From assembly GCA_047495785.1 (NCBI GenBank), contig JBLDXI010000011.1, forward strand, positions 372,001-436,000: a DNA stretch of 64,000 nucleotides, read 5' to 3'. The position numbers and the translations under genes were made by a program. The first letter of the stretch is position 1, and every line of letters starts with the position of its first letter. The notes under the pieces are model-generated. The model was not told where the DNA came from and ran no database searches. It was given only the letters and a program-made list of their open reading frames with translations. Positions 22,070 to 35,338 of this stretch are shown here, one piece after another. This DNA comes from Lepidodermella squamata (Eukaryota; Animalia; Gastrotricha).

Positions 22070-24563
22070 ATGCTTCTTTCAACTTTAGCCGTCACTGCTC
22101 TACTGAGCTACGTTTCAGCTAAGCCGATTGATCCAACGGTCGGCGTTGGGTCGTGCACAACTGCTGGTTGCGTCAAGGCTGCTGAGTTCATCCTGAACAA
22201 CCTAGACCTATCTGCTGATCCGTGTGAAGACTTCTACCAATTCGCCTGTGGCGGATATGCTGACAATACGGTTTTACAAGAAGGCCAACACCATAAAAGG
22301 GCTATGGATGCCGTTTTCAATGACATGAAGCAGAGGGCAATGACGGACTTCATTACCGCAAATGTAACTAGCATCAGTCGGGCCGAGGGTAAGTTGCGGG
22401 AGTTCTTGATTTCGTGCGAGGCGGGTGCCGATCGCTTCGACGATGTCGAATCTTCTATCGCGTTTCTTCGCAATGTCGCTCGCGACGCCGGTGGTCTGTT
22501 CATCAGCGATCAGGAGGTCAAAGTGCCGCTGGAGTTTATCCTCGCGGCAACTTTATTCGATTCAAAAACTGCTTTCTTCGCGCTCGATATCGGTGTTAAT
22601 CCATCGAATGCCACCGAGCCTCAGTTAACGGTCGCTCCGAGAACAACGCCGTTTTTCGGCGATCTCGCCAAGGCTAAACGCTTGATCGATAGCGACGAAG
22701 ATAACGCAACGCTGAATGATGTCAAGGAGATGTACGTCACGGAGATGACTTCGTTCTTCAAGATGATCATCCCGAGGAAGGACAGATACACAGTTTCTGA
22801 TACCTACATCAAAGACCTGGTTGAGTTTGAGTTCGAGCTCGCTTTGGTTAGTTTAGTTTTTCGATATAGCAACCCACTTTCAAATGTCTCTTCCTGCAGA
22901 TTTCACCCAACGCCACGGAAGGTGGAGATAAGAGCAATAACGATGTGGCGAATGAGAATTTCATCGAAAATAGGGAGGATAGATTCGATGAGCGCGTTGA
23001 GGAGTTGCAGAAGGTTAGCCCGAATATCAACTGGCAGGAGGTTTTCCGAGCAATGGGTGGCATGGCGGAGGTTCCATCACTCGGCTCGAACGATCTTCGA
23101 ATCTCGTTCCGTGGGCGAAGCTACTTTGAGAAGCTGTCGCAGCTTATCAAGCGGACTCAGGATAAACTCGGCGCCGATCGAAGCAAACGAGTGGTTCACA
23201 ACTACGCCGTTCTAACATCTATGGAGCCATTTATCAGTCAAGTAGCCTGCGACATTACGGAACCGCTTTTCCGGCTTAGACAAGCTGCCCAATCGGTGGA
23301 GCAGCCATTGGATCAGGAGGAAACGCCGTTCTGCGACAAAGTTAAAGAAAAGCAGCCATCGTGCGATGCCTTGATCGAGGGTCAATTCAACGATCACTTT
23401 GTCGCCCGTCGCTTTTTGAAACGATTCTTCCCAAAGGAAAACATCGACTACCTAACGAATATGACGAATCTGGTGTTGGCCGAAATTCGTGACGGTTTTG
23501 ATAAGGTGACGTGGCTGGACGATAAGGCGAAGGCTGCTGTTAAGCTCAAGGCTGAACTCATTCGATTTTCGCTCGGCTTCCCGCCTGATCTTATGAGCGA
23601 CGATTACGATAGGAAGTACGATGCGCTCGCCGTCCCAGGCCCGGATTTCTTGCACAACTACAAGGCTGTCAGTGAATTCAACAGACTTAGTATGCTGAGA
23701 TCACTTAATGGCCCCATTGATCGTGTCGGTTTTCTGTAAGTGTTGCAAGATTTTAATCAGCTCATAGGTGAAGTTATCATCGTTAACAGGTGGCAAAAGG
23801 GTAAAGTCATCGATCAAAATGCATTCTATAACCCGGTCCTCAATTCGTTCGCGTTGAGCGCTGGTTTCTTCATTGCTCCTTCGTTCCGCTTCGATCTTCC
23901 CAGCGCTTGGAACTGGGGATTCCCAGGCCAAACTATAGGGCATGGTTAGATTCGTGATCTCTCTATCCTTCATAGACTCGTTTTTGTTTGTTTGTCAAAC
24001 AGAAATTAATCACGGCTTCGATAGCAACGGAATCAACTTCAATGCGTATGGCGAAATGAAACCCCTTCTGGAAGGAGCGGCTCTAGCCAAGTTTCAGGAG
24101 CAGCTGAAGTGTTTGATCGATCAGTTCCAAGGTCTACTGCCGGACCTGCCTGATTACGGGCTGAAAACTCTGGCTGAGAATGCGGCTGACAACGCTGGTC
24201 TCAAATTCGCCTATGTAGCTTTCAAGAAGGCCTTCGGCGAGGATGGCCTTAAGAGATACGACGTCCCTGGTGTTCCGTTGACCAACGACCAAATCTATTT
24301 CGTCAGCAATGCGCAAGCTTACTGCCAAGCTGTCACTGAATTTGCGAAGAGTATATTGGTTAGAGACGAGCATGCCTACAATCCATTCCGGTGAGATTTT
24401 CAACTGGTTGTTGTTCATTTGTTCATAGAATGTTTTGTTTTGTTTTAGAGTAAACGAGGGCATGAAGAACTTCGAACCATTCGCTACGGCTTTCAGCTGC
24501 CCAGTTGGGTCAAAGATGAACCCGGCCGGATGGAAACGCTGCGATATCTGGGCAACTCAGTGA
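22070..24563 (+). CDS. Secreted neprilysin/endothelin-converting enzyme-like M13 metallopeptidase (exons 22070-22846, 22900-23735, 23790-23944, 24003-24390, 24449-24563; 756 aa)
   Basis: DPCEDFYQFACGG, NAFY, GHEINH (HExxH, formed across an intron), ENAADNAG, DEH...R, terminal CDIW; four short GT-AG introns give an open frame. Confidence 0.95.
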
Positions 24564-25364
24564 AATGTTGCCTAACAATGACATGCAGCTATTGATAGGG
24601 ATTATTCAAGTAAATATTAGATTCTCCCCCACTTTCATGGCAGTCAAACGATCAGCTATGATTCTGGTTGATTGTTTGAGCTGTTGATGTTGGAATTGAT
24701 TTCCCACTCTAAGAGACGGAAATGATAAATAAATGGTAAATTCGAAGTATTGAATCGGGAACAGTTTTCATTTTTGGAAATGACATGACAAAGGAGACAC
24801 AACAATTCAGCTAATGGACCGAGCTGTGAACTTGCACAGAATTCCGAAAGGGTCTTTATGGCCGTGAAATAGTTGATGCTTTGAGCTTTGATGTGAAATG
24901 TGGGGAAAGAAGAGCCCTGTCCGGCGAGAAGATGAACTGGAACAACATGATTGTGGTGAAGATTGTGGAATCTACGGGTTCCTTGATGCTCGCAGAAGGC
25001 CAGGCCTAGTCAAACCTGTGGCCTAGCGGTAGCCTTGATACAAAACAGAATTCTAAATCTAGGTATTCGGCTTTTTCGAGAGGGTTATGCAGATTCCTCA
25101 GATTTTGCAGATGCAGCCATTGATGATAGTGCATGATACTATCGTAGCATCGGCGCTTCCGATTTTTCATACTATTTGACTACTGAAATTCATAATTTCC
25201 TGGCCATCACAAGTCGGTCGTCGGCTCCAAGCTTTGTGATCCTCCGCTTTTATGTGGATTGTTTGAGCGGATATAAAAACGACTGAGCTTGCTGGGTTTA
25301 TTGCATAAGCAACAACAAATACAACGCGATTTTCTCCTCGATATCTGGCAGTTGAAACAAGACA

Positions 25365-26587
25365 ATGCGCCCGTTGACATTATCCTTACACGTTTACATG
25401 CTGTGCTCGCTGGCTACAGTTATCAATGCACGGCTTAGGTCTAAACAAATCGCGTCAATCCACGAAATTTTTCGTGAATCTTGCCCGTTCGCGACCTATG
25501 AGTGGTTGCCTAATGCGTTTATGACAAGTAAAACTATAAACGGGCTTGAAATCGGAACTAACGTCTCTATGAAATTGCGAACACCCATCGATATCAACGA
25601 CACGGACCGCCAGCTATCAGTTATCTATGAATTTACTTTATCGTGGGCTTGGCCGTGTGACATTGACGCATTCTGTGCGAAGCTCGATGCTGCAAACATC
25701 ACAGCCTGCGAACTCAGCAAGTTTTACATGAAGTTACCCCTCGGCGAAGCCTGGTATCCTATCATCAGTCTCAAAAATGCTGTGTCCGGTTCCATGGATA
25801 TTATGGAGTAAGATTAAATAAATTGAGGGAAGCTCGCTTATTGCAAACCATTGTCTTTAGGGCGATACTACAGTCAAAAGTCACAGTTTTTATGTTTTCC
25901 GGCTATTCAGAATGGGATTCCAGAGGCAAACTAGAGTCGCAGTGCAATAAAACCGCGCAAATTTCACAGTTTCCGTTCGATAGCTTCGAATGTACTATTA
26001 TCATCAAAAGAGTCAACTACATCCGGATGGCCAGCTTCAATGTCTCGTCTAAATTGGATAGCTTAGACGCCGGTGACATTTGGACGTTCAAACGGTTCAA
26101 CTACTCTTGCGCCCATGGTTTAGAAGAGTGCTACGTTCAGCTATCTTTTCAACGCAAGCCAGGCTACATCATTCAACAAGTCATCGTACCTTGTTACGTC
26201 CTAGCTGTGCTACAAATTTTAGGCCTGATAATGCCTGCTAAAATGGCAGACCGGCCTGTCTACAACATCACAGTCCTCCTGGCGTATTTTGTCATTCTCG
26301 GCATGATTTTCGAAGCGATTCCCAAGTCGGCGCATACCATTTATTTGGTTATTTTGATCGAGACGAAAATTGGCATTGGAGCGGTTATTACTCTTTACAC
26401 ACTTGCCACCCTGCGCTTTGCGAAACGGGACCTGTCAAAGCGTCCAGTTATGCCGATAGGCTACATGTCATTCACAGTCATCGACGTAATGGACCTTGTA
26501 GCAGCAGGTGCTATTACGGCTATTTCTGGCATAATTGATAGCAATTTGTTCCATTTAATGTTGGATGGAGGTGAAATTGAGTCGTGA
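25365..26587 (+). CDS. Cys-loop channel copy 6 (exons 25365-25807, 25861-26587; 389 aa)
   Basis: Family motifs; 53-nt intron. Confidence 0.93.
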
Positions 26588-27160
26588 ATAATGGAAAGGT
26601 ACGAAAAGATGGACCTTTTCTCCGTATCCGACTTGACCTGATGTAAATGGGTTCTTTTCGTTTCGTGATCTCTGTAAAATCTATTTGGTAAGCTAGGTTC
26701 AGTAACTCAGTAAGTCAGAAACTCTCAAAGATTGCCGATCGCTCAGCAGCCGATTTGAAAATGGGCATTAACATCATTTTTGATCGCCCTTTTGAGGTGT
26801 GTCACGATTCGATGTTGGCATTTCGAAAAGCATTGGATTACTTTACACTTTACACATAAATTCGACATCAAGAAGACAGCGAGATGAATATTTGATCGAA
26901 TATCAAATTGATTTGGAGTTTATCATTCCTTTTCATAATCAAAATGCAGATCAAATGCTATAATCTCCAACTTACTTGAAGATGGCACGACTAGCTTCAA
27001 GGCACTGCAAATTTCTGATGAACGATTAAAACGCGAGGTGATTGGATTTCACGTTTATTTACACCACGTTACAGAGGTTCGCTGAGCAGATATGACTAGC
27101 TGCATAAGCAACCTACACGTTGACATGTTGATAAATTCTACATGATGTTCACATTCGTTC

Positions 27161-27335
27161 AGGAGAAATCGGCTGTCTGACGAAAACGCAGAAATTCTAC
27201 TAAGGGCGTTGCTGAATTTCGCCGTATTTTTTTACACTGGCACCTTTAATCAGTTATAATAAACACTCATAGTGAACAAAATATTTCGTGAATCTTGTCC
27301 ATTCGCTCTGTACAAAGGCCTGCCTAATCATCTTA
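27161..27335 (+). pseudogene. 5' remnant of a Cys-loop channel gene (copy 7/8 type)
   Basis: ATATTTCGTGAATCTTGTCCATTCGCTCTGTACAAA (IFRESCPFALYK); upstream similarity to copy 8; truncated by repeat. Confidence 0.8.
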
Positions 27336-27868
27336 TCGATTTTCCGATGTTTTCCAAGCTCGAAAAATTATTATTTGCTAGAATATTTCTGAACAAAGCA
27401 GCTCTGTGAGAGAATTCAAAGTCCAATATGCACAGCCGGAAAAAATCGGAAAATCGAAATAAATTATTCACCCTGTAAATTTTATATCGTCGGATAGAGA
27501 AATTTCTCAATGTTGATAAAGTAATTTTTTAAATTACCGGACGAGCCAACCGTGGCAGAGTTGCAATTTTGCCCAAAAAATCCGAATATTGCACTTTTTG
27601 GCGAATTTTAGAAAATAATCCATAAGGGACGACAAAGTGTTTCTGGTGTCATTAGATAGAGGGCCGCTTCTGGTATTTGGTATCAGCAGAAAATCAAAAT
27701 TTCCGAAAGAAGAACCTGCGGTACCTGAAAATAATTAAAATTATAATGGGCGGATAGGGCGTTGGGTGGCATAAAAAGTGGTCGCGTGCCGCCCTTTTTG
27801 CAATAACAGCTCGAATAATTCACTATGCAAAGATCGTTAGTTTCCTAGCTGTTACAGAGTTGTCTATG
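27336..27868. mobile_element. MITE of the same family as 19971-20441
   Basis: Shared blocks such as GTGAGAGAATT, TAGAGGGCCGCTT and CAGCTCGAATAA...AAAGATCGTTAGTTTCCT...GTTGTCTATG. Confidence 0.75.
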
Positions 27869-28059
27869 GATTCACTGCGCGAAGATGATACAACGAGCTG
27901 CGCAAAGCACAACATATTTCCAATGAAAGATTGATTGGTTTATTTACACAATTCAGAGTTACGCTGTGCGGATATGAGTAGCTGCATTCCATGCCCTTCC
28001 CTTATTGTTTATGAATTCTACATGATGAAAAAATTCGTTTCATCGAGAGATCGGCGTTG

Positions 28060-29446
28060 ATGGCGTTGCTAATTTTTACACTTTTCACGCTGACACCTTC
28101 AGTGGATGCGAGTCTCAGTTATGATGAAATTACGCTAATTCAAAAAATATTCCGTGAATCATGCCCGCTTGCTCGGGACAAATGGCTACCTAATCATTTT
28201 GTCCTCGAAAGTGACGGACGGCCGCCTCAAATCGATACTGGACTCACCATCTTCTTGTTCACCCCTGTCAACATTCGCGACAGCGACCGACAGTTATCTA
28301 TTCTCTTTAAAATTATGGCATCATGGGAATGGCCGTGTGATATGGATGCTTTCTGTGGGAACCTGACTGCTGCCAACATGAGCCAGTGCGAATTGAACTA
28401 TTTCCATATGGATGAACCCCTTGATGAAGTTTGGTACCCACACATCACCCACAAAAATGCAGTTTCGAATCCAACGGCTATAATTGAGTAAGATAACATT
28501 CGGATTCATACCAGGAGCTCATACTTTTCCATTCCACCAAAACATTCTTCAGCTTTACGTACTTAGTTCGTTATTAATTCTGTCATGCCGGCATTAATTC
28601 GGCAAAACTTCGCGAGAGCAATTTTTTGGAAGTAAAACCCAATCCCCCTCGCCAAAAATCCTTCTTTCTATGCTGCTAGCAAACTGTAATTTCCGTAATT
28701 TCAGGTCGATAGTACCGCCCCAAATCAGAATAGTTGTGCATTCTGGATCTTCGCAGTGGATGGCAACAGGCAAGTTGGAGAATCAATGCGATCAGGATTC
28801 CCAAATCTCAAAATTTCCATTTGATATCTTCGAATGCTCCATTATGATGGAGGGAAATGTTAATGTTAACTTCGTGGCAATTTACGCAGTACCCTTTTTC
28901 GAGCCTGGGGAAACTGTTGGGGATGTGTGGACTTTCATAAGCTACAACTATTCATTACTATTATTCAAATGCTCGATTCAGCTAGCATTCAAGCGAAGGC
29001 CGGGTTTCATCGTTCAACAAGTCATCGTTCCCTGCTATATTCTAGCTGTTCTCCAGATACTGAGCCTGATAATGCCCGCCAGAATGCCAGACCGGCCGTT
29101 CTACAACATCACAGTCCTGCTCGCGTTTTTTGTCATTCTCGGCATGATCTTCGAAGCGATTCCACAATCCCCCGAGCCCATTTACCTTGTTATCCTGATT
29201 GAGGTTAAAATTGCTATCGGAGCAGTAATAACTTTGTACACCCTGATAACCCTTCGATTAGCGAAGTTGAAGATATCGAAACAGCCGGTTATGCGGATTT
29301 TTTGCGTCCCAATCACGGTCATCAACCTAATGGACCTAGTTGCAGCGATTACTATGACGGCTTTAGCGGCCATAGTTGATGGCGTTTTGTTCCATTTGAT
29401 GTTGGATGGAAATGAAAATTATTCATTAAAAGCGGTAGAATTCTAA
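28060..29446 (+). CDS. Cys-loop channel copy 7 (exons 28060-28487, 28705-29446; 389 aa)
   Basis: Family motifs; in-frame intron. Confidence 0.92.
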
Positions 29447-30273
29447 CTTTATATCTTTCCTCCTCAACTTTATAATTTGTTATGCTTGGAGCCTCCGCTC
29501 GTGTGCTTTAATTCGCTTCTCCATCTAAGATTTGAGTGGCTTAATGGCATCTGCACATGGAAATATGCACAAGGCATTTATAAAACAGTTTTGGCGCTGT
29601 TCACCGTTGTTTCTGTCAGAATAGGTACAGTTCATTGTTCATTGCAACAGCACAATCAAATACTAGTTGTTTGAGGTTGAAGCATTAAATTAAATTACAG
29701 TTTCTTTATTCTTTGACTACTTTTATGTTATTTTTCATGATATTTTTTCATTCCCACAGCGCGTCCTAATCATTTTAAGTTGTAGGGAAAATACTTTTCG
29801 CAGCCCTGTGAGCTTAAAGGAAACCGCTGAGAACAATGGTAATAGTAGTTTTATCCGACTGCTGGGACGGACTTGAGCTGCTCCTTTGCCAATGAAGAAC
29901 AGGAATTGTTCGACCCTCGTCTATCATCAACGGATCCTCGGCAAGAAAAATAATGGCCATTTGGTTATTCCAAGATTTGATTTTACAAGTTTTCAGTTAT
30001 TGTATTGTACAGCATAGCCCGGGTTGGCTATGTCAACAATTGCAATATTGTAGATTTATAAAGTTTCCGAACATGATCAAGGATCAAGCTACCCATAAAT
30101 ATTCTGATACTTCAATTACAGTCATGTTTATTTACATAGCACAGGGATTCGTTGAGCGGATATGAGTCGCAAGAGTCGCAAGAGCAGCTCATGGGCATGG
30201 TGCACTTTTAGCAAAATTCTACTCGGCGTATAAATCTTTTCGCAGAAATCGGCTGCCTGGCGAAAACGAAGAA

Positions 30274-33238
30274 ATGCGACAACTGATAGCATTGCTGATT
30301 GTTATTGTTTTCACACTGGAACCTTTAATTGATGCTCGCTTCAGCTATGACGAAATCGGGCTAATTCGAAAAGTATTCCGTGAAACATGCCCATTCGCTC
30401 TGTACAAGTGGCTGCCTAATCACCTTGTCGCCGGCAGCGGAGAATCGGCGCCTCTAATCGATACTGATATCAGCATGAGCCTTCTGACGCCGGTCAATAT
30501 TCGCGACAGCGACCGGCAGCTATCTCTTATTTATGAAATGGGGGCAGAATGGCGCTGGCCATGTGATTTGGATGCTTTCTGTGCGAATCTCGCTGCAGTC
30601 AACATTAGTCAATGCAGATTGGAGTATTTCTGCATGGATGTACTGCTCGATGGAGTGTGGTACCCAACTTTCACCCACAAAAATGCAGCCTCTAATCCAA
30701 ATGCTATAATCGAGTAAGATACAATTTGTCTCTAATGCAGTTATCGTGCTACAACTGAATACATCATGCTCTCTTTTTGCGTGATCGAAGTCCGGTGTAA
30801 GGGGGTAAACAAACCCTCCTGGCTTTCGAAAATTGCAGAAGAATACCTGTTGATTTGCAAATTTTGGGCTCAAAATGCTCGATTTACCCCCCTCAGAGCT
30901 GGACCTTGTCGGATCATTTGCCACTGCTAGTTCTGAGACGGTGTTTGTTTCGTTACTTCGTCATCTCGCAAAAAAACTTTCGAAACAAATTAATGGTATA
31001 AAAGGAGGATTTGAACCCGGGACCACCGAGTATTGACCCATAAGGCGAGACCACTACCGTATAGAGCTAGGTGCTAGGTTTATGCGGTAGTCGTCTTCTT
31101 CAGACATTTTATATAACCAAACGAACGCTACACATAAAGCATCTGCAGCCAGTCTCGGATAAGATGGCTCCTATTGTATAGTTGGCTCAACCTAGGTTCG
31201 TAAAGGTCCCGGGTTCGAATCCTCCTTATGCCCGATCCTTTTTTTCTTTCGACAGTTTTTTGCGAGATGAACAAGTGACGCCTCAGAACTATAGGAACTA
31301 GCTAACCATGCCACGTGACCACGCGGACTATGATCCTAAATGCGCGATGTCTGAAAAAATTTGAAAAAATGCCTGGAAAAATCTGGATCGACAGGTGAAT
31401 CTTGACCAATTACCGGGGAGCGGTACAATTTTGATAAGGCCTAACGCCCAACGCTCTTTCTAAATTCCAAAAACCAGTATCTTCAGATAAAGAAAAATTG
31501 ATGACACTGTTAGAAAGTCCTTCACTTGAGCTTAATTTAAATATAAAGACATTTCAAAAATTTCTTCCCGTAATAGCAAGAAGTAATAAGGTACCATGTT
31601 TTACACTTGGCAGATAATGAGTGCCTCTTTTACATCATCGATCTAAATCAATCGATGATTCATCTTGCACCTGTGATTTTCACCATTGTATTCTACTTGG
31701 GTGAGGAGATACACAGAGTTAATTTTTCGATTTTTGTCGCCAATAATCAGTGCTTTGGATTTGATTTGATTTGATTTAGACCCTATTTTCACTGATTTAG
31801 ATTTAAAATGATTGATTTACGCGGGGAAGCATTTTGATTTGATTGATTTTGATTCAGCATTGGTGATACAATCGAAAAACTTGTTACCGCGAAACCAAGA
31901 TCTCTACCACTTTTTGATGAAATTTTGCAATGGAAAGAGACGGTTATTTCAAATTCGCGTTATTTTATTCATTTCTTTAAACTTCGAAGCTCCCAGCTTC
32001 CTGAGAATCCAGATGTTTCGCGATTTATTGTGATTTATGGGTGTCGATGATTTGATTTGATTGATTTAGTCCTGGAAAATTGGGACATTGATTGATTTTG
32101 ATTGATTGAAGGAGGTCCGTGATTTAAGCCGTAAATCAAATCAAATCAAATCCAAAGCTCTGCCAATAATCCGAATCAGGAAAAAACTCGATGCCCGTCA
32201 ACTGCAGGAATTTTTTGGAAATTTTATGAGGAACGGCCAAGGTGGACTGAAGACAAAATGGTGTCAAAGTGTACCATCCCCAGTGAGTACCCATCATTTG
32301 ATTATTATTACAAAAATGCCCGTTATACGCTGGAAAACATGGAATCTCACAATTGAAAATGATTTTTTAGTGAGTGGATGAAATGCACCCACAGTGATTG
32401 TGCGAAAAAAAACATTTTCATTGTCCCTTTTTAGCAAAAGCGTGAAGTGCTTGTGTATTACCGCGCAACCCTATGAACTGTATTCGCTTGAGAAAATGTA
32501 TTTGATAGTACCCAATCTTGAAATTTCAGGTCGATAGTACCGCCAGAAGCCAGAATATATATGTTTTCTGGCTATTCAACGTGGTTTGCAACCGGCAAGT
32601 TCGAGACTCAATGCGCGAACAATTCGCAAATTTCAAATTTTCCATTCGATAGCTTCGAATGTGCCATTATCATCGAGAGAAGACCGAGTGTTAAACTCAC
32701 CGGCGGCTTCGCCGTATTACCATTGTTCAAAACTGAGGAAACTGTCGGAGGTGTTTGGACTTTCAAACGCTACAACCATTCTTGCGACGATGATCAATGC
32801 TCGATTCAGCTATATTTCAAGCGAAGGCCGGGTTTCATCGTTCAACAAGTCATCGTTCCCTGCTATATTCTAGCTGTTCTCCAGATACTGAGCCTGATAA
32901 TGCCCGCCAGAATGCCAGACCGGCCTGCATACAACATCACAGTCTTGCTCGCATTTTTCGTCATTCTCGACATGATTTTCGAAGCGATTCCACAGTCCCC
33001 CGAGCCCATTTACCTTGTTATCCTGATTGAGGTTAAAATTGCTATAGGAGCAGTAATAACTTTGCACTCCCTGATAAGCCTTCGTGTTGCAAAATTGAGG
33101 ATATCGAAACAACGGGTGATGCGCATTCTCAACGTCTCATTCACAGTCATCGACCTAGCGGACGTAGTTGCTGCGTTAATCGCCATTACGTCTTCAGCCG
33201 CAATTGATGTAACTCTGTTCTTTAAAATGTTCGAGTGA
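30274..33238 (+). CDS. Cys-loop channel copy 8 (exons 30274-30713, 32530-33238; 382 aa)
   Basis: Family motifs; 1816-nt TE-filled intron; in-frame join. Confidence 0.9.
30928..31291. mobile_element. Fold-back MITE with tRNA-like B-box in both arms
   Basis: Imperfect inverted arms TAGTTCTGAG...CATCTCGCAAAAAA / TTTTTTGCGAGATG...CTCAGAACTA; GGTCCCGGGTTC(G/A)AATCCTCC in each arm. Confidence 0.7.
31748..32162. mobile_element. hAT-like MITE rich in GATTT repeats
   Basis: TIRs CAGTGCTTTGGATTTGATTTG / CAAATCAAATCCAAAGCTCTG; 8-bp TSD CCAATAAT. Confidence 0.9.
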
Positions 33239-34749
33239 CGATGATTGCAGGAATAAAATTGCTATTATCATTTCGTTTCGTGATATGCATCAAATAGTTC
33301 CAATCCCGAAAGCGAGCCGATCACTGTGTGAATTACTCAAAATATAGCGCTGAAACTTCTAAGGCAAATTCTAAATCTAAATCGTCGTACACAGTGTGCG
33401 AAGTAGAATCCAGAAGCTGAGGTGTTTTCTGACACCTCGAAGTGATCAAAGGGTCCCCCTGTTGTTTCTTCAGCCTTCCCCTGAGTTTCGGAGCTGGAGT
33501 GTCGCGACACCCCAGCGACACACTTTGCATCCTGGTCGTACATGGTTGACAAGCTAACACCAAAGCGAGTCAACACTAAAAAGATGTTCATCAAAGAAAA
33601 CCATATGCAACACGCCAGTCAAAATCACTAATTACTCAGGATTCGCTCAGTTTGCAAACAAACATCAGCTTCAGAATTCAGCAACTGCGCCTAAATTAGC
33701 TACGGTTGACTATCAGTCGAAGCCATTCGTCGAGACTACTATTCCAGGCGATAATTCAGCCGAATTTGGGGGAGAACTACTTCTGAACCGCCTTAGCAGT
33801 TGATCTAAGCCAAATCTAGAAAATCTAGGGGCAAATCTAGTTCAGTGGATAGCTGTCTGCTGTGCATTGAGCGTCATCCATTCAACGATGGGGTGTCTCA
33901 AACTAAATCCATCCATCTTTTTCGTTTTTCCTGAAAAATGTCCAACGAATTAAAAACAACGAGAACTCGTCTGAGATTAATCATAGGCCAAATTACTAAT
34001 GGGTTAATTATATATTTTCTTACGCTTACTCACAGGTAAAATCGCAGGCCATCACAGTTATGAAAAGACGTAATCCTCACTGCTCGCTTTTCGTAAAATG
34101 TTAATAAGGTTTATTTGCACCGGCAATAACGCGCTGAGAAGCGTTCACAATTTTGAATAATCACTGAGCATTTTCATCATCATCATCGCTATAATCATTG
34201 GACTCAGCTGTGAGTCTTCTTCGACCGCCATGTCGAGCGGTACATCGTCTCCGAGTTCAGGCGATCAATTGCAGGCTTTTTCTTCTTTATTGCCGAGATT
34301 TGGCCGCGAGTCTAGAAAAGACAAAAAGCCGAAACGGCTTTCTGCGAGGTCGTTCCACCTAGCACTGGCGGAAAATGAGCCAAGAGACCCTCTTGACGGG
34401 ATAGCCTAGGTGTTCTTGGCAACATGCGAGTCTTCTTGTTGGTCTTGTTGTAGCCGCCGTCGGCGAAGTTGTTAATGCGCTTGTCGAAGCCGCGGACATC
34501 AATCTATTCCGATTCAAACCAAAAAGTTTCGAATTACTCAAAGAAGTCGAATCAAGGTAAATACCGTTGTTCAGAGTTTAGAGGTCGCACAACCATCTTC
34601 AAACTGCCTTCCTGCGACTATAAGGAACCATGTTCAACATACTCAAAAATTGACAACTATCTGACTATGCCTCTTCATCTGACCTCAAAGATATCTGAAA
34701 GCAGCAAAGTACAGGTCAGACGTTTTATTTTGTATGAAAGCAAGGCCAC

Positions 34750-35013
34750 CATGCAACGCAAAGTAATGTTCTACCAGGGACCGAAATGCTACTGATATCG
34801 ATAAATCCGCGGCCATTTTTCGAGGTACTTGCTCGCGCGTTTCAAAAGAGGCTCCCAAACTATTACATATGCAATGGCTCGCCAAATCTTTATGCCAATT
34901 TTGAGGTCACTTTGCTTCAACCAATCGAAATCCCGGAATACGAACGTCGGCTGTCGCTTCTCGGAGATGTATCCGCGACCTGGCTTTGGCCATGTGACAT
35001 GGCTGAATTCTGA
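34750..35013 (+). pseudogene. Cys-loop channel exon-1 pseudogene
   Basis: RLPNYY...LLQPIEIPEYERRLSLLGDVSATWLWPCDMAEF* with a premature stop and upstream frameshift; no exon 2. Confidence 0.85.
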
Positions 35014-35338
35014 AAGAATGCAAAATCATCTGCTAAACCGCATAGTTTGGATTGTTGAACGCAGAATTCACAGGAAAAGGCGTCATAAGGCATCAGAGAT
35101 TTCAAATCAACAAATGCACCCATTGATTTTAGAGTCGCTGGCGCTGGTATATTGTTTGCTTTTTCGCGATTTATCGAAACTATTCGGGCAGAAATGAAAA
35201 TTTGTCACGGTATTTGCTCGATTGCATTATGGAAAAATGAGAGGTACGACCGGTGTTCGAAAAAACTTGATTAAAATCCGAGTTTTCAATATAAGCTTCA
35301 AATTCTTTAGCTTTTTTGCACATAACAGGGAAAATCAC

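Noticed and set aside
34230-34560. Short coding-looking stretch (MSSGTSSPSS...) ending at a GTAAAT donor
   Set aside because: In-frame stop, no recognisable homology and no supported downstream exon
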